Source: an uncultured Herbinix sp. (GTDB lineage: Bacteria > Bacillota > Clostridia > Lachnospirales > Lachnospiraceae). Taken from it: a stretch of DNA of 40,831 bases. Location: contig CAZIHC010000001.1 in NCBI GenBank assembly GCA_964538605.1, positions 1-40,831 of the forward strand. The letters run 5' to 3'. Each line of letters opens with the position of its first letter. Position 1 is the first letter of the stretch. The position numbers and the translations under genes are program-made. Of the stretch, positions 9,882 through 19,754 are shown one piece after another. Under the pieces are notes generated by a model. The model saw only the letters and a list, made by a program, of their open reading frames with translations. It was not told the DNA's origin and searched no databases.

Positions 9882-11756
9882 TTATTTTCCCATTCTGTCA
9901 GATAATTTTTTACCTGCTGCTACTTCTTCGGCAGACGGCAGTTCAGCCTTATTTTTAAACTCTTTTAAGTCCATATATCTTGCTTCGGAATTCTTTATAA
10001 TCTTTTTGCTTAATGCGTACTCCTTATAACTTCCGATATCGTTCAAATTATCTGTCTTATAATGTTTTCTGACATACTCCTTAAAATCTGAAATATAGTT
10101 TTCGATATCTTCAGCTTTTTCGGCATTACCATTAAACGACATGTATTTTCCCCTGATATCATATAAAACCAACTGCTTGATTTTTATTCTGCATTTACCA
10201 AGACCATAAGGTTTCCCCATTCCGATATTAAAATAACCTTCGGTATCTCCTTGTCTTAGTGAAAATAACAACAACCCCAGCTCTTCATTGTTCAGATTTT
10301 CAAAGCGTACCTTCCCTGCGAATTTTGTTCCTTCTTTGTAACAGTACATGGTTGTATTCAAATTATCATTATTGTTTAACTTCATTGCTTCCACATCGGC
10401 ACTTTCTTTAAGCCAGTAAAACTTCCTACCCCGTATTTTAAAATTTTCCGAGCAATATGACTGCAGTTCGTTGTCTTTTTCCTGTTTTATATATCCTTTA
10501 TACCATGAAGGTTTTGGCTGTCCCAATACCATTGTATATTTGACCGTGGGTACTTCCGGGCTTATACACAAAGCATCCAAAAATGATACCTTGCTTCTAA
10601 ATTCTTGCCATCCAAATATAGAATCTACAAAATCCCTGCCGGAGTAATTTCTGTGAGTTTCCGGTATTCCGGCATATATATCACCGTCGGCGGGCAGCCT
10701 TAAATATGGTGTAAAGCCAAAAATCAAATAATCCTTGTCTTTTATATAAAATACAGGTTTAACTTCATTATCTTTTGGCAGCTCATAAAAAGCATTCTGA
10801 TTATCGGATCTGTTTCCGTTCGGATCCTGCTTGTGAGTATACTTCATATCATCTGTATATAGTTCAGCCTGCTCTTTTGAAATTTTTATTTCCGGGCTTC
10901 TTTTGTCTTCAGAAAATATCAGGTAATGATGTACCTTTCCCCAGAAATGTTTTGAGTTCATCAGACATCCGCCAAAACTTCCGTTCCTGTCTATATATGC
11001 TTTTTTATCGGCTATATTATATCTCACATTATAAAAATAAGGTTTATATATGTTGTTTCTCTTGTTTTGCAGCAACTCTTTATTTTTATAATCTTCTCTT
11101 TCAAGCTCCCCGTTGTAAAGAAACTGAAACCCTTTAATATAATATTTTTTTAGCTGCTGCTTTAACTCATATTCATGAATGGGAAAATAACTTTTGCCTG
11201 CATATTTAAACGCAGGAGTTATTTTATAACCGTCCTTGTCTTTTCGTATGTATCCGGCTTCTACCTTGTCCAGTACAGAAAAAGTATAATTATTTACCGT
11301 AACCTCTCTGTATCCTACTTTCCTGCGGTACCATTTGTTAATAGCCTTGTCAATCGATGCGTGGGTTCTGTAGTAAAATCTCTGGTTAACTATGTCTTTT
11401 TTCTTGATGCTGTCGTTTATAACTGATGAAAACGCAAAAATGGACGCATTAAATCTTGTCATCCCCCTTACGGTATTTCCCGGTATCGCATATTTCCCTT
11501 CCGGATTTTTAAATAAATGACTTTCATTTTTTGCAAAATCCTTATTTGCTTCATCTCCTCGCTTTAATTCTTCAATTTTCCCCCTGGATATATGCAGAGG
11601 TGTGATCACTTCTATTTCATAGTCGACATAGCCTGTATTTAAATCCAACCCATACCTGTCATGGTTTATAATATCATCTTCATTATTACATCTGTTAAGT
11701 ACAAAGTTTTCCAGTCCGATAAAATTATAGGGGGCTTTTGATACTTTTGTTGCCAT
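9882..11756 (-). CDS. cas7: Type III-D Cas7 with large insertion (TIGR03986-like RAMP)
   Basis: APYNFI N-terminus, ITPLHI...YAIPGNTVRGM, insertion of about 250 aa, RGRKFYW, glycine loop IGMGKPYGLG. Confidence 0.85.
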   Translation of the reverse strand: MATKVSKAPYNFIGLENFVLNRCNNEDDIINHDRYGLDLNTGYVDYEIEVITPLHISRGKIEELKRGDEANKDFAKNESHLFKNPEGKYAIPGNTVRGMTRFNASIFAFSSVINDSIKKKDIVNQRFYYRTHASIDKAINKWYRRKVGYREVTVNNYTFSVLDKVEAGYIRKDKDGYKITPAFKYAGKSYFPIHEYELKQQLKKYYIKGFQFLYNGELEREDYKNKELLQNKRNNIYKPYFYNVRYNIADKKAYIDRNGSFGGCLMNSKHFWGKVHHYLIFSEDKRSPEIKISKEQAELYTDDMKYTHKQDPNGNRSDNQNAFYELPKDNEVKPVFYIKDKDYLIFGFTPYLRLPADGDIYAGIPETHRNYSGRDFVDSIFGWQEFRSKVSFLDALCISPEVPTVKYTMVLGQPKPSWYKGYIKQEKDNELQSYCSENFKIRGRKFYWLKESADVEAMKLNNNDNLNTTMYCYKEGTKFAGKVRFENLNNEELGLLLFSLRQGDTEGYFNIGMGKPYGLGKCRIKIKQLVLYDIRGKYMSFNGNAEKAEDIENYISDFKEYVRKHYKTDNLNDIGSYKEYALSKKIIKNSEARYMDLKEFKNKAELPSAEEVAAGKKLSDRMGK

Positions 11757-11770
11757 ACCGTTTCTCCTTC

Positions 11771-12151
11771 CTATTCGAAAACCAGTTTCGAAGGTAAAAC
11801 TCTTTCGATATATGCCTGGCCGTCTTTGTCGTCCTTAGTATTTATAATTTTCTTAACTACCAACTTCTTTAGCGGTCTAAACTCCTTACCCTTTTTGGCA
11901 AGCTGTTCTTCCGTAATTATCGTGTCATCCCTTTCATATTCGTACAGAATACCTTTAATTTCGTCTTCCCTGTATATATGCATGCATTTGTCCTCATCAA
12001 AGAAAAATGCTTCGTTTATATTTCCAATATCAAATCCTGTATCCGTAAATCCTTCTCCGAATGCCAGCCTGTCAAAATAATATATAATGTAATATCTAAA
12101 TTCATTTAAATGTATTATTATATCTTCTTTTTTTAAAGGACTTGCCTGCAT
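11771..12151 (-). CDS. csx19: Csx19-like small type III-D subunit
   Basis: 126 aa between Cas7-Cas7 and Cas7-insertion, the canonical csx19 position; EAFFFDE and C-terminal DDKDGQAYI. Confidence 0.7.
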   Translation of the reverse strand: MQASPLKKEDIIIHLNEFRYYIIYYFDRLAFGEGFTDTGFDIGNINEAFFFDEDKCMHIYREDEIKGILYEYERDDTIITEEQLAKKGKEFRPLKKLVVKKIINTKDDKDGQAYIERVLPSKLVFE

Positions 12152-12155
12152 GATA

Positions 12156-13484
12156 TCACCCCGCCATCAGTTTGGATATATATGAATTAAACTTAGCTTC
12201 CACGGCCTCATCAGGAGATGTAAAATCATATACAATTTTTTCATTATAAATCAGTTCCAGCTTGTCCGCCTTGATATAACCCCTTCCTACGGCATACCCG
12301 CTGCCGATGTTCAGATTCTCGGTGCATAAATCCCTGAAAACCAAAAGAAGGAGCCCTAATTCCTTATCATACGATTTAAGTCCGTATGTATTAAAAACAC
12401 ATTTTATTTCAATATCTCCCATAACTGTTTCTTCCGTTACCAGGGCAGATTTCTGAACCCCGCCGGTAAAATAGTCAATTTTTATCTTATTATATAGCCC
12501 CGTTTTGCTCCTGTTTATTACGGTGTCGTAACAGACAAACCGGGATATATGGGCTTCATTTTCTTTACTTGCCTCGTATCCGAAAATATTGTCAATTATA
12601 CCTCTTTCCAGATTCGGAAATGTTTTTACTATCTTTTCGGCTCTCGTTCTTAATACCCCTTTTAAAGAACTGCCGGGTATGACATATTTATCGTCTCCGT
12701 TTTTTATATTAATTCCGTCAGGCTCACCATGTAGCCTTATTACTTCATCTTTTATCAATAAAGGAGTGGTTGTTTTTCCCCTTACTATAAAACGGACATT
12801 TTTCGAAAAACTGTTGCTTTTTAGTATCAATTCGGTAATATCTTCATATCTTTCTTCCCTGAGCAGATATTTGACTACATCTTTATATTCGCGCAGGTTA
12901 AATGTCGCTTTCTTTACTGATATTATTTCAAACCTTCCGAAACCCACCGTTTTATTGTTGCCAAGCAGAATATCGCCTGTTGCAAATGCCGAAAGCAAAA
13001 GTTCAAACTGCTCCATGACTTTATTAAAATCGCAGTCCTCATCATAATTATTCAGTTCAAATGAAAATAAAAAACGTATCCCGTTATTTACAAAATGCCT
13101 TTGAAACTTGCTTCCTGTTTTTCTGCCCATAGAAACAAAGTTGTAAGTTGTCAGTCTTCTTCTGTCAATTTTTAGCCCCGGCCTGCTGGCAACCATCCGT
13201 TTTGCCGAATTTTGATCAGGAAAGGCATCATAACACACAAGCCTGTTCATTCCCGTATTGGAATCTCCGAATAAAATATTTTTATTATTGCATTCGTCCC
13301 CGGACATATAATTTTCATAATAACTTCTGAAAGCTCCGGTAACGGATGATCCCGGTATGTAAAATCTGCCTGTTTTATCATCTGTTTTCAGACTGTCTTC
13401 ATCACCCTTAATGGATAAAGGTGAAATATTAATTGCCTCTACTTTATAACTTACGGTTTCGATCAGCCTGGTTTTATATATCAT
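12156..13484 (-). CDS. cas7: Cas7-Cas7 tandem RAMP fusion (Csm3-like x2)
   Basis: Two RAMP units: SPLSI..YIPGSSVTG..LGNNKTVGFG and TPLLI..VIPGSSLKG..IGSGYAVGRG. Confidence 0.85.
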   Translation of the reverse strand: MIYKTRLIETVSYKVEAINISPLSIKGDEDSLKTDDKTGRFYIPGSSVTGAFRSYYENYMSGDECNNKNILFGDSNTGMNRLVCYDAFPDQNSAKRMVASRPGLKIDRRRLTTYNFVSMGRKTGSKFQRHFVNNGIRFLFSFELNNYDEDCDFNKVMEQFELLLSAFATGDILLGNNKTVGFGRFEIISVKKATFNLREYKDVVKYLLREERYEDITELILKSNSFSKNVRFIVRGKTTTPLLIKDEVIRLHGEPDGINIKNGDDKYVIPGSSLKGVLRTRAEKIVKTFPNLERGIIDNIFGYEASKENEAHISRFVCYDTVINRSKTGLYNKIKIDYFTGGVQKSALVTEETVMGDIEIKCVFNTYGLKSYDKELGLLLLVFRDLCTENLNIGSGYAVGRGYIKADKLELIYNEKIVYDFTSPDEAVEAKFNSYISKLMAG

Positions 13485-13488
13485 TTTT

Positions 13489-15102
13489 TCACCCCTTTAT
13501 TCTTAAAAACTGTCCGAATAGCTTTAAAAAGAAGGTCTGCTGCAAACGGTAAATAACGTCATTTAGCTCGGTTTCATCGGGATACACATATTCTTCCAGC
13601 CGTATACCTTCCGCGGCCATAATTTTTAATTCATCAAATATAGCATTTGATTTCCCGTCGGCAAAATCTTTCAGCAAGGTCTGCACTTTAAAAATATGAC
13701 CTCGGTCATTTTGCCCTGTTTCTTTTTCTTCCGATCCGCTTTCCTTATACAAAAAAGTAATTCTGCTTAATTTATGCCAGGCTTCTTTTCCTCTTTTGCT
13801 TTCCATATGATTTAGATATTCTCTTAACTCGCTTTTAAAATCATCCTCGGACTTATAAACGCTGTTTTGAAAGAGATTATATATTTTCCCGATTTGAGAC
13901 TGAACTCCTTCATCCGGTTTATTTTGTTTATTTAACAGGTTAATAACCAGTTTTTCAGTCTTTAATAATGTTCTGTTATAGAAAATCTTTCTTAAAATAG
14001 AGTATATTAACCTTTTATCCTCACCGCTTAATATGACATTATCCGTTAAATCAATTTTGGCTTCTTTTTCATATCCGGAAATAACCAACCTGTCCGCTAT
14101 TTTCCCCAGTACGGCTATTTGACCGTACCCGTCTTCTTTTCTTAATCCCACTCCTTTTGAAACAAATTCCCTTATTTTTTCGGAATCAATTTTTTCATTA
14201 ACCCTATACCTTAAAATACTACCTTTTGTTACACAGGTATAGCAGACGGTATTTGTATGGTACATGTTATTATAGGTTGCTGCCTTATCCAGGTTAATAA
14301 AAGAGTCTACAAACCGGCAGTCTCCCTTTATATCCAGTCTTTCTTTCAGAACCTTCTCGGGCAGGTATGTATATGCTTTACCGTCATAATATAAAATAGC
14401 ATCGGAAAGGAAGTAGACGTATAAATCGTCCTCTATGTCAGTATCGGAATTAAACAGATTAACTGAATCAACGTACCTTATATTGCTTATTTCGCATTTT
14501 CCGTATCCGCTTCCTCTGGACCCTCCGAAATAAAGGATGCCTTCATCTAAAATACTGTAAATATCTTCACAGAACTTTTCATCAACCCTTATATATCCCC
14601 TGAAACTTTCCCCCTTTTTTACGGCTTCATATCTGAACATCAGGGTTTTGTTGCCGCCTTTGGCATCCTTTTTGTTTATATGCAGTTTTTCTACCAGTTG
14701 AGTGTTATACCCGGCTATGCGACTACGGTCTTTATCAAAAATTATGAACTCATAATTATTATAAGGAATAACATTTTCGTGTTTTTCTGTGCTGAAAGAA
14801 TGGTACAGGCAGATATCAGCCCTGTTAGACCGTACTTCCTGCTTGTCACCGACATACCCCTGAATCATCGGAATCGTATTTTCCCCTTCTACCAGCGGAT
14901 ACGCGTTGTAAAAGATGGTGTCCCCGTTTAAAATTTTCTTTTCAACCTCTCCTCTTTTCTGCACCAGGTTCCAGACTATTGCACCCTTTATAACCGACCC
15001 CGGAATATAAGAATGGGAATACCAGTTGTTTGCATCCCGCTCAAATTTGCCAAGCTTCAGATTTTCTATGGCATGTATGTCAAATTGTATATATTTATAC
15101 AC
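13489..15102 (-). CDS. Csx10/Cas5-group RAMP with C-terminal helical Cas11-like domain
   Basis: YIPGSVIKG, FGGSRGSGYG, GVGLRKEDGYG RAMP loops, then about 190 aa predicted helical tail with QSQIGKI...EAW; no separate csm2 in the operon. Confidence 0.75.
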   Translation of the reverse strand: MYKYIQFDIHAIENLKLGKFERDANNWYSHSYIPGSVIKGAIVWNLVQKRGEVEKKILNGDTIFYNAYPLVEGENTIPMIQGYVGDKQEVRSNRADICLYHSFSTEKHENVIPYNNYEFIIFDKDRSRIAGYNTQLVEKLHINKKDAKGGNKTLMFRYEAVKKGESFRGYIRVDEKFCEDIYSILDEGILYFGGSRGSGYGKCEISNIRYVDSVNLFNSDTDIEDDLYVYFLSDAILYYDGKAYTYLPEKVLKERLDIKGDCRFVDSFINLDKAATYNNMYHTNTVCYTCVTKGSILRYRVNEKIDSEKIREFVSKGVGLRKEDGYGQIAVLGKIADRLVISGYEKEAKIDLTDNVILSGEDKRLIYSILRKIFYNRTLLKTEKLVINLLNKQNKPDEGVQSQIGKIYNLFQNSVYKSEDDFKSELREYLNHMESKRGKEAWHKLSRITFLYKESGSEEKETGQNDRGHIFKVQTLLKDFADGKSNAIFDELKIMAAEGIRLEEYVYPDETELNDVIYRLQQTFFLKLFGQFLRIKG

Positions 15103-15769
15103 CTGATTTCACCTTCTTATCTAGTAATCTGATAAATTCCGATGTAACTTCTTTTCCTTTATAATGAAGCGAAACTTCTGCACGGCCTTTGCCTTTGGTT
15201 TCAAATGAGCCCAAGTGGCGCAGTAGGGAACAGGCCCCGGCAAGAATTATTCTTTCATCTTCATCCAAATTTACCGGAGACGTTATTGTGGCATACAATG
15301 TAATCCCTCTGTTTATAACCCTGTATTTTCTTAAGGTATTTTCTTTTGCTGTTCCGCTTTCGTACTCTATTGAAGTTACAGTATCGATATGTGTCATAGC
15401 TTCAAGAATTTCATTGGGGGTTATGTCGGCTTTTTTCATATGAGCCTTAAAATAATCCCGAATGTTTTTTGACAGCTCACAGTCGGAAAACTTCAAGGTA
15501 TTATGTTCATATTCATCCGATATTCCGAACAGTTTATCCCTTTTTTGCTTAAAGACTTCACTGTTATGGCTTAATTCTGGTACATTTTTTGTCATATTTA
15601 CAAAAACAGTAGCCATTTCACCAAGTTTTCCTTTTAATGTTTTTCCTCCTATATAAGGGAAACCGTATTCATCATACAAAACATCCGCATCTATAAATCC
15701 CGGAACCGAATATCCGCTTCCAAAAACGGCGTCCGTCAACAAATGCATTCTGACCAAGTATTCTTCCAC
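15095..15769 (-). CDS. cas7: Cas7 / Csm3-like RAMP
   Basis: LLTDAVFGSG..FIDADV (candidate catalytic Asp)..PYIGGKTLKG; glycine loop LGSFETKGKG. Confidence 0.85.
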   Translation of the reverse strand: MEEYLVRMHLLTDAVFGSGYSVPGFIDADVLYDEYGFPYIGGKTLKGKLGEMATVFVNMTKNVPELSHNSEVFKQKRDKLFGISDEYEHNTLKFSDCELSKNIRDYFKAHMKKADITPNEILEAMTHIDTVTSIEYESGTAKENTLRKYRVINRGITLYATITSPVNLDEDERIILAGACSLLRHLGSFETKGKGRAEVSLHYKGKEVTSEFIRLLDKKVKSGV

Positions 15770-15784
15770 ACCTATTCCTCCCGA

Positions 15785-17251
15785 TTAAGTAAGTGGTATA
15801 TAATAATCCATTGTTTCTATGGCATCAAACCATACACACTTTCCGTCAATAAATCCTGTTTTTCCTTCCGTCCGGTGGGATTTTATCAATGGATTAAGAC
15901 GGTTAATTTTTATATATATATCTAAGTATTCTTCTCCCTTTCTCATTTCTTTTATCATATTTTTTATTTTGCTTGCGGCAACCTTATCCGACCTGATAAG
16001 TTGCATATCCTTTTTGAAATTAGCGTATGTGTTTATGGCCTCCGCATCTTCCGATACAATCAGGGGCCTTAGCAAAAGCTCTTTTCCGTCGTATGTCTTA
16101 TAGTCTTTGCTTCTGACTTCATTCAGATTGTTATACTCACCCTGCACAATGTGCCAGTCAATTCTTGATTCATTCGCATCATCAGGAATACTTGCCTTGG
16201 CTGCCCGGCACAACTCTTCGGACAGTTCATAGGTTTTAAAAAAAGGATATTTTTCTCTGACCATAGCAATGCCGGCACAGGCCGTAATCTTCTCACCCAA
16301 AACTTTATACTTTTCCAACTCAGTTAAGAAAATAGCGGCACAATCGATAGCTATCCTGGCATCGGTTATGTAACAGACATCATCCCCCGACAAAACGACT
16401 TTTCGAATCGGCAGAATATCGTCCTTTATATTCAGACCGTTGTCTTTTAGATAATTTAATTTCGCCTGAACAGTTTCAACAACCTTATTGAAAGCTTTTT
16501 CAAAAGCAATTTTAATTTGACTTGAAAACTCCTGCAAATCCCTTATGTATTTTTCATTCCGCTCTCTTATATTTTCCGGAGTATAGCTGTTTTCGTACTT
16601 TTCTCCAAGTATCTTAAGTTTCTTTCCCATCCTGTTACCGTCTATATGAGTTATGGCTACATAGCTTTTCTCATTTTTACTTATGCCAAGGTCCTCAAAG
16701 TTAAGCGCAAACTTCCTTTGCTCTTTATCTTTAAGCATTTCGCCATACATATCAATTTTAGCTTTCGCCTCTTTGGAATAGAATTCCGTCGTACCCTCAT
16801 CCTTGTTATACTGCGAATATACAGCAGGCAGGCGTGTAGAATCGCATTCCTGGGTAACTCCAAAATCTATAATATAAGAATATTGTTCTCTCTTTGCTTT
16901 TTTGGCCTCAAGCCCGTCAAAAAGTTCTTTTATCTTTTTTATAACGGAATCTTTATCGGGATCATAATCTGTATGAGAGATGAAAAACTCTAATGACGGA
17001 TAATTTTTAAGCAATGCCAAAGACAAGTCTTTCGAGAAATTTATGCTGTCAGATTCATTGTTAAAATAAAAGATGGTTTGCCCGCCGCCTGCGTTTATCA
17101 ATAATCCGTTATTCTCCCTGCACAGCCTGATCGCAAGCTCCTCGGTGACAAACCTTATTATTTCAGATGCCCCAATATTCTCCTTAAGTTTGTTTGATTT
17201 AAAAATGTAATACTGCTTTTTCGACACTTTCAGGACGTTTAATACTCCCAT
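15785..17251 (-). CDS. cas10: Cas10, short, lacking HD domain, Palm2 motif SGDD
   Basis: Begins with QYYIF..KLKENIGASEII; HIDGNRMG and VVLSGDDVC Palm motifs; TACAGIA; LSEELCRAAK; 488 aa. Confidence 0.9.
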   Translation of the reverse strand: MGVLNVLKVSKKQYYIFKSNKLKENIGASEIIRFVTEELAIRLCRENNGLLINAGGGQTIFYFNNESDSINFSKDLSLALLKNYPSLEFFISHTDYDPDKDSVIKKIKELFDGLEAKKAKREQYSYIIDFGVTQECDSTRLPAVYSQYNKDEGTTEFYSKEAKAKIDMYGEMLKDKEQRKFALNFEDLGISKNEKSYVAITHIDGNRMGKKLKILGEKYENSYTPENIRERNEKYIRDLQEFSSQIKIAFEKAFNKVVETVQAKLNYLKDNGLNIKDDILPIRKVVLSGDDVCYITDARIAIDCAAIFLTELEKYKVLGEKITACAGIAMVREKYPFFKTYELSEELCRAAKASIPDDANESRIDWHIVQGEYNNLNEVRSKDYKTYDGKELLLRPLIVSEDAEAINTYANFKKDMQLIRSDKVAASKIKNMIKEMRKGEEYLDIYIKINRLNPLIKSHRTEGKTGFIDGKCVWFDAIETMDYYIPLT

Positions 17252-17312
17252 ATTTTAAGTTCCTCTCCTCGTTTATAAAACAGTTTCAAATCCAAACCAT
17301 ACATATATTTTA

Positions 17313-17341
17313 AGTTTAATTTATTCTCAAATAGGTGTCAA
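17313..17341 (-). promoter_or_regulatory. Putative sigma-A promoter of cas10 operon
   Basis: Minus strand TTGACA-17 nt-TAAACT about 60 nt upstream of the cas10 ATG. Confidence 0.6.
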
Positions 17342-17466
17342 ATTCTTTTTATTTTCGATAAAATATGATAATTTGCGATATTTATAAAAAATAAAAAGAA
17401 GTTAACATTTAACCCAATTATAAATTTCAAATTATACCTAGGATGATTCAAATAACCGTATTTAAT

Positions 17467-17515
17467 AAAAAAGAACCTTACTGCTTATTTCTGTTCTGTC
17501 ATAACAGTAAGGTTC
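17467..17515 (-). terminator. Intrinsic terminator after csx1
   Basis: gaaccttactg (17473-17483) / cagtaaggttc (17505-17515) followed by a U-tract on the minus strand. Confidence 0.65.
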
Positions 17516-17560
17516 CACTTTATCATCCCATCGGTTTACAATATATATCTTAGCTATATT

Positions 17561-18904
17561 CTATTTGTTAAAAGGATAATTCTGAACAATCTCGGATATA
17601 AAACTGTCGTTAAATACATACTTCTTTACATTATTCAGATGATGATATGCATTTTTTATATCTTCTTCAAAATCTTTATTGTTCTTATAATATCCGGCAT
17701 GGGCTATCGTATTGCGTATATAATTGATTTTTTTATAAATATCAAATACTATACCGTATTTATCGTGATTTTGCAGCTCTTCCCGTAAAAAATCCTTTAT
17801 TTTTTCTCTGTTATCCACAGTCCATTTAATACTTTTATCTTTTCTGCGGTACATTTCCAAAAACCTTGATATAACCGCTTCAACCAGGCATATATATCCC
17901 TGGGCATACCGTTTATTGTCAAAGTACCATTCGGCCAGAGCCAATTGAAGTTTTCCGGTGGAATCAATCCCTTTAAATCTCCCGGTAAAATCCAGCAAAT
18001 ACGGTATCATATAATTTACCATAGGGTCCGGTATGTTTTTCTTTGCTTCAAGGTAACCGTTAAGCTTATCTATATTACTTTTGAAATCTTCGATATAATT
18101 GATATTTACAATCTCCGATATATTATTTGTAAGCTTTGACAGTTCCTCTTCCTGAAAAAGACTTGACAACAAATAGCCGTTTCCAAAATTAATAAAATTA
18201 TATGCCCCTCTTGCCCATAAGGTTAAGTTATAATACGGGCTTAAATCTACCACCGGGGCATATCCCAATTCACCTATTACATCCAGCATTCCATAAAACA
18301 ATCCCGCCAGTTTGAATGCTTTCTTAAATTTTAATATTCCGATTAAATCTAATGTAATATAGTTAAATAAGGCAATTGATCTGAAAGCATGGGTTATGTC
18401 AAGGTATACTTCGTCATCTTCATTAAGCATGTCACTGATACGCATAAAAGTACCGAAATTATTCCACAGCTCGGCTTCTTTTAAGCCGTAATCTATTATG
18501 AAGCATTGTGACCCGCCCGATACTGCTTCAGTAGATAAATCAATATTGCCAAACTTTTTTAGATAGTTGTCTATTGTTTCATTGAGTTTTACCAAGTCGG
18601 TTTCTTCTATCCCGTTTTTATTGCTGTAAACGTCAAAGAATTCCGCTTTTTCGGCCAAACCCTGCCAATAGTTTTCGTCTACAGGCAGCTTTGCTTCTTC
18701 AGCAAAATATCTGTAAACTTCTTCCCACATTGATTTTGCTGTTCCTACCAAGTACACTTTGTCTACCTGAAAGTGCTCACATAAAGCAGCAGCCACAAAT
18801 GATGTTTTATATTCTTTTGCCGAATCTGAAAATTTGTAAACTGCTTTTCTGTATTCTCTGTTTCCCGGACCTACCCCTATCGCAGAAATCAAAACTTTTG
18901 CCAA
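17561..18904 (-). CDS. csx1: Csx1-family CARF-HEPN RNase (TIGR02221/TM1812-like)
   Basis: KVLISAIG, LVGTAKSMW, YLDITHAFRS (DxTHG variant), YGMLD, HEPN RNTIAHAG; TTG start. Confidence 0.85.
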   Translation of the reverse strand: MAKVLISAIGVGPGNREYRKAVYKFSDSAKEYKTSFVAAALCEHFQVDKVYLVGTAKSMWEEVYRYFAEEAKLPVDENYWQGLAEKAEFFDVYSNKNGIEETDLVKLNETIDNYLKKFGNIDLSTEAVSGGSQCFIIDYGLKEAELWNNFGTFMRISDMLNEDDEVYLDITHAFRSIALFNYITLDLIGILKFKKAFKLAGLFYGMLDVIGELGYAPVVDLSPYYNLTLWARGAYNFINFGNGYLLSSLFQEEELSKLTNNISEIVNINYIEDFKSNIDKLNGYLEAKKNIPDPMVNYMIPYLLDFTGRFKGIDSTGKLQLALAEWYFDNKRYAQGYICLVEAVISRFLEMYRRKDKSIKWTVDNREKIKDFLREELQNHDKYGIVFDIYKKINYIRNTIAHAGYYKNNKDFEEDIKNAYHHLNNVKKYVFNDSFISEIVQNYPFNK

Positions 18905-18980
18905 AATATGTACCCCTTTCTCAACATTTGGTTTTTGTGTATATTATAAAATTTTCAATTACCCGTTCTTTATCCTTCCC

Positions 18981-19715
18981 TTATAGGTAGTCTATACAGC
19001 CAAATCCCTGACTGTTTTTGCTTCCTATCCCCGCATCCAGGCCCATTTGCAACAGTCTTTTATCCCCTTTTAATTCAAATGTTCCTGTTACACCTTTTAT
19101 AATAAACCCCTTATATATAACAAAATTCTGTTTAAAGGAGCCGATTGGTTTAATGCTTGCATTATAATCGTAGAAATTGTCGTTATTATAATTAAATAAA
19201 GCCTTATATTTTTTTATTAAATTTTCACTAATAATTCTCTTAAAATCAGATTCTCCGGGCATAAAAAAACAGGTATATTTGCTACCGTCATGTCTGAATA
19301 AAGTACTATATGCTACTATAGGAGACAAGGTCCGTATAACAATGGATTCCTTATCAACAACATTGTCTTTCGGCCTGATTTGATGCACCCTGACAATGTT
19401 TTGGCCCAATAGTAACCGGTCCTTCTGCAGCAAAGTATCAGTAAAGGAATTGCAAAACTCTTTAAGGGGAGAAGAAACCACAAAACTTATATGTTTACCA
19501 AAATAAAGCATATCGTCTATTTTGATGCCTTTTTCAGATATTCTGGAAAACGTGAATAGTTTAAATGTTCTGTTATAATATATGTACCCATTATTATGAA
19601 GAAACCCGGACAGCCGCTTATCAATATTGTTATATATAAAACCCTGTAAAATATGGTTGTAATGAACAGGCAATATTATGTCTGTATCGCTGATTAAGTC
19701 AATTTTTATGTGCAT
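18981..19715 (-). CDS. cas6: CRISPR endoribonuclease Cas6 (copy 1)
   Basis: YNHILQGFIY, LHNNGY, FKLFTFS, TLSPIV, C-terminal GIGSKNSQGFG glycine loop. Confidence 0.95.
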   Translation of the reverse strand: MHIKIDLISDTDIILPVHYNHILQGFIYNNIDKRLSGFLHNNGYIYYNRTFKLFTFSRISEKGIKIDDMLYFGKHISFVVSSPLKEFCNSFTDTLLQKDRLLLGQNIVRVHQIRPKDNVVDKESIVIRTLSPIVAYSTLFRHDGSKYTCFFMPGESDFKRIISENLIKKYKALFNYNNDNFYDYNASIKPIGSFKQNFVIYKGFIIKGVTGTFELKGDKRLLQMGLDAGIGSKNSQGFGCIDYL

Positions 19716-19754
19716 ATATTAGACTCCATATGAATTGCGCCATTTTATGATATC

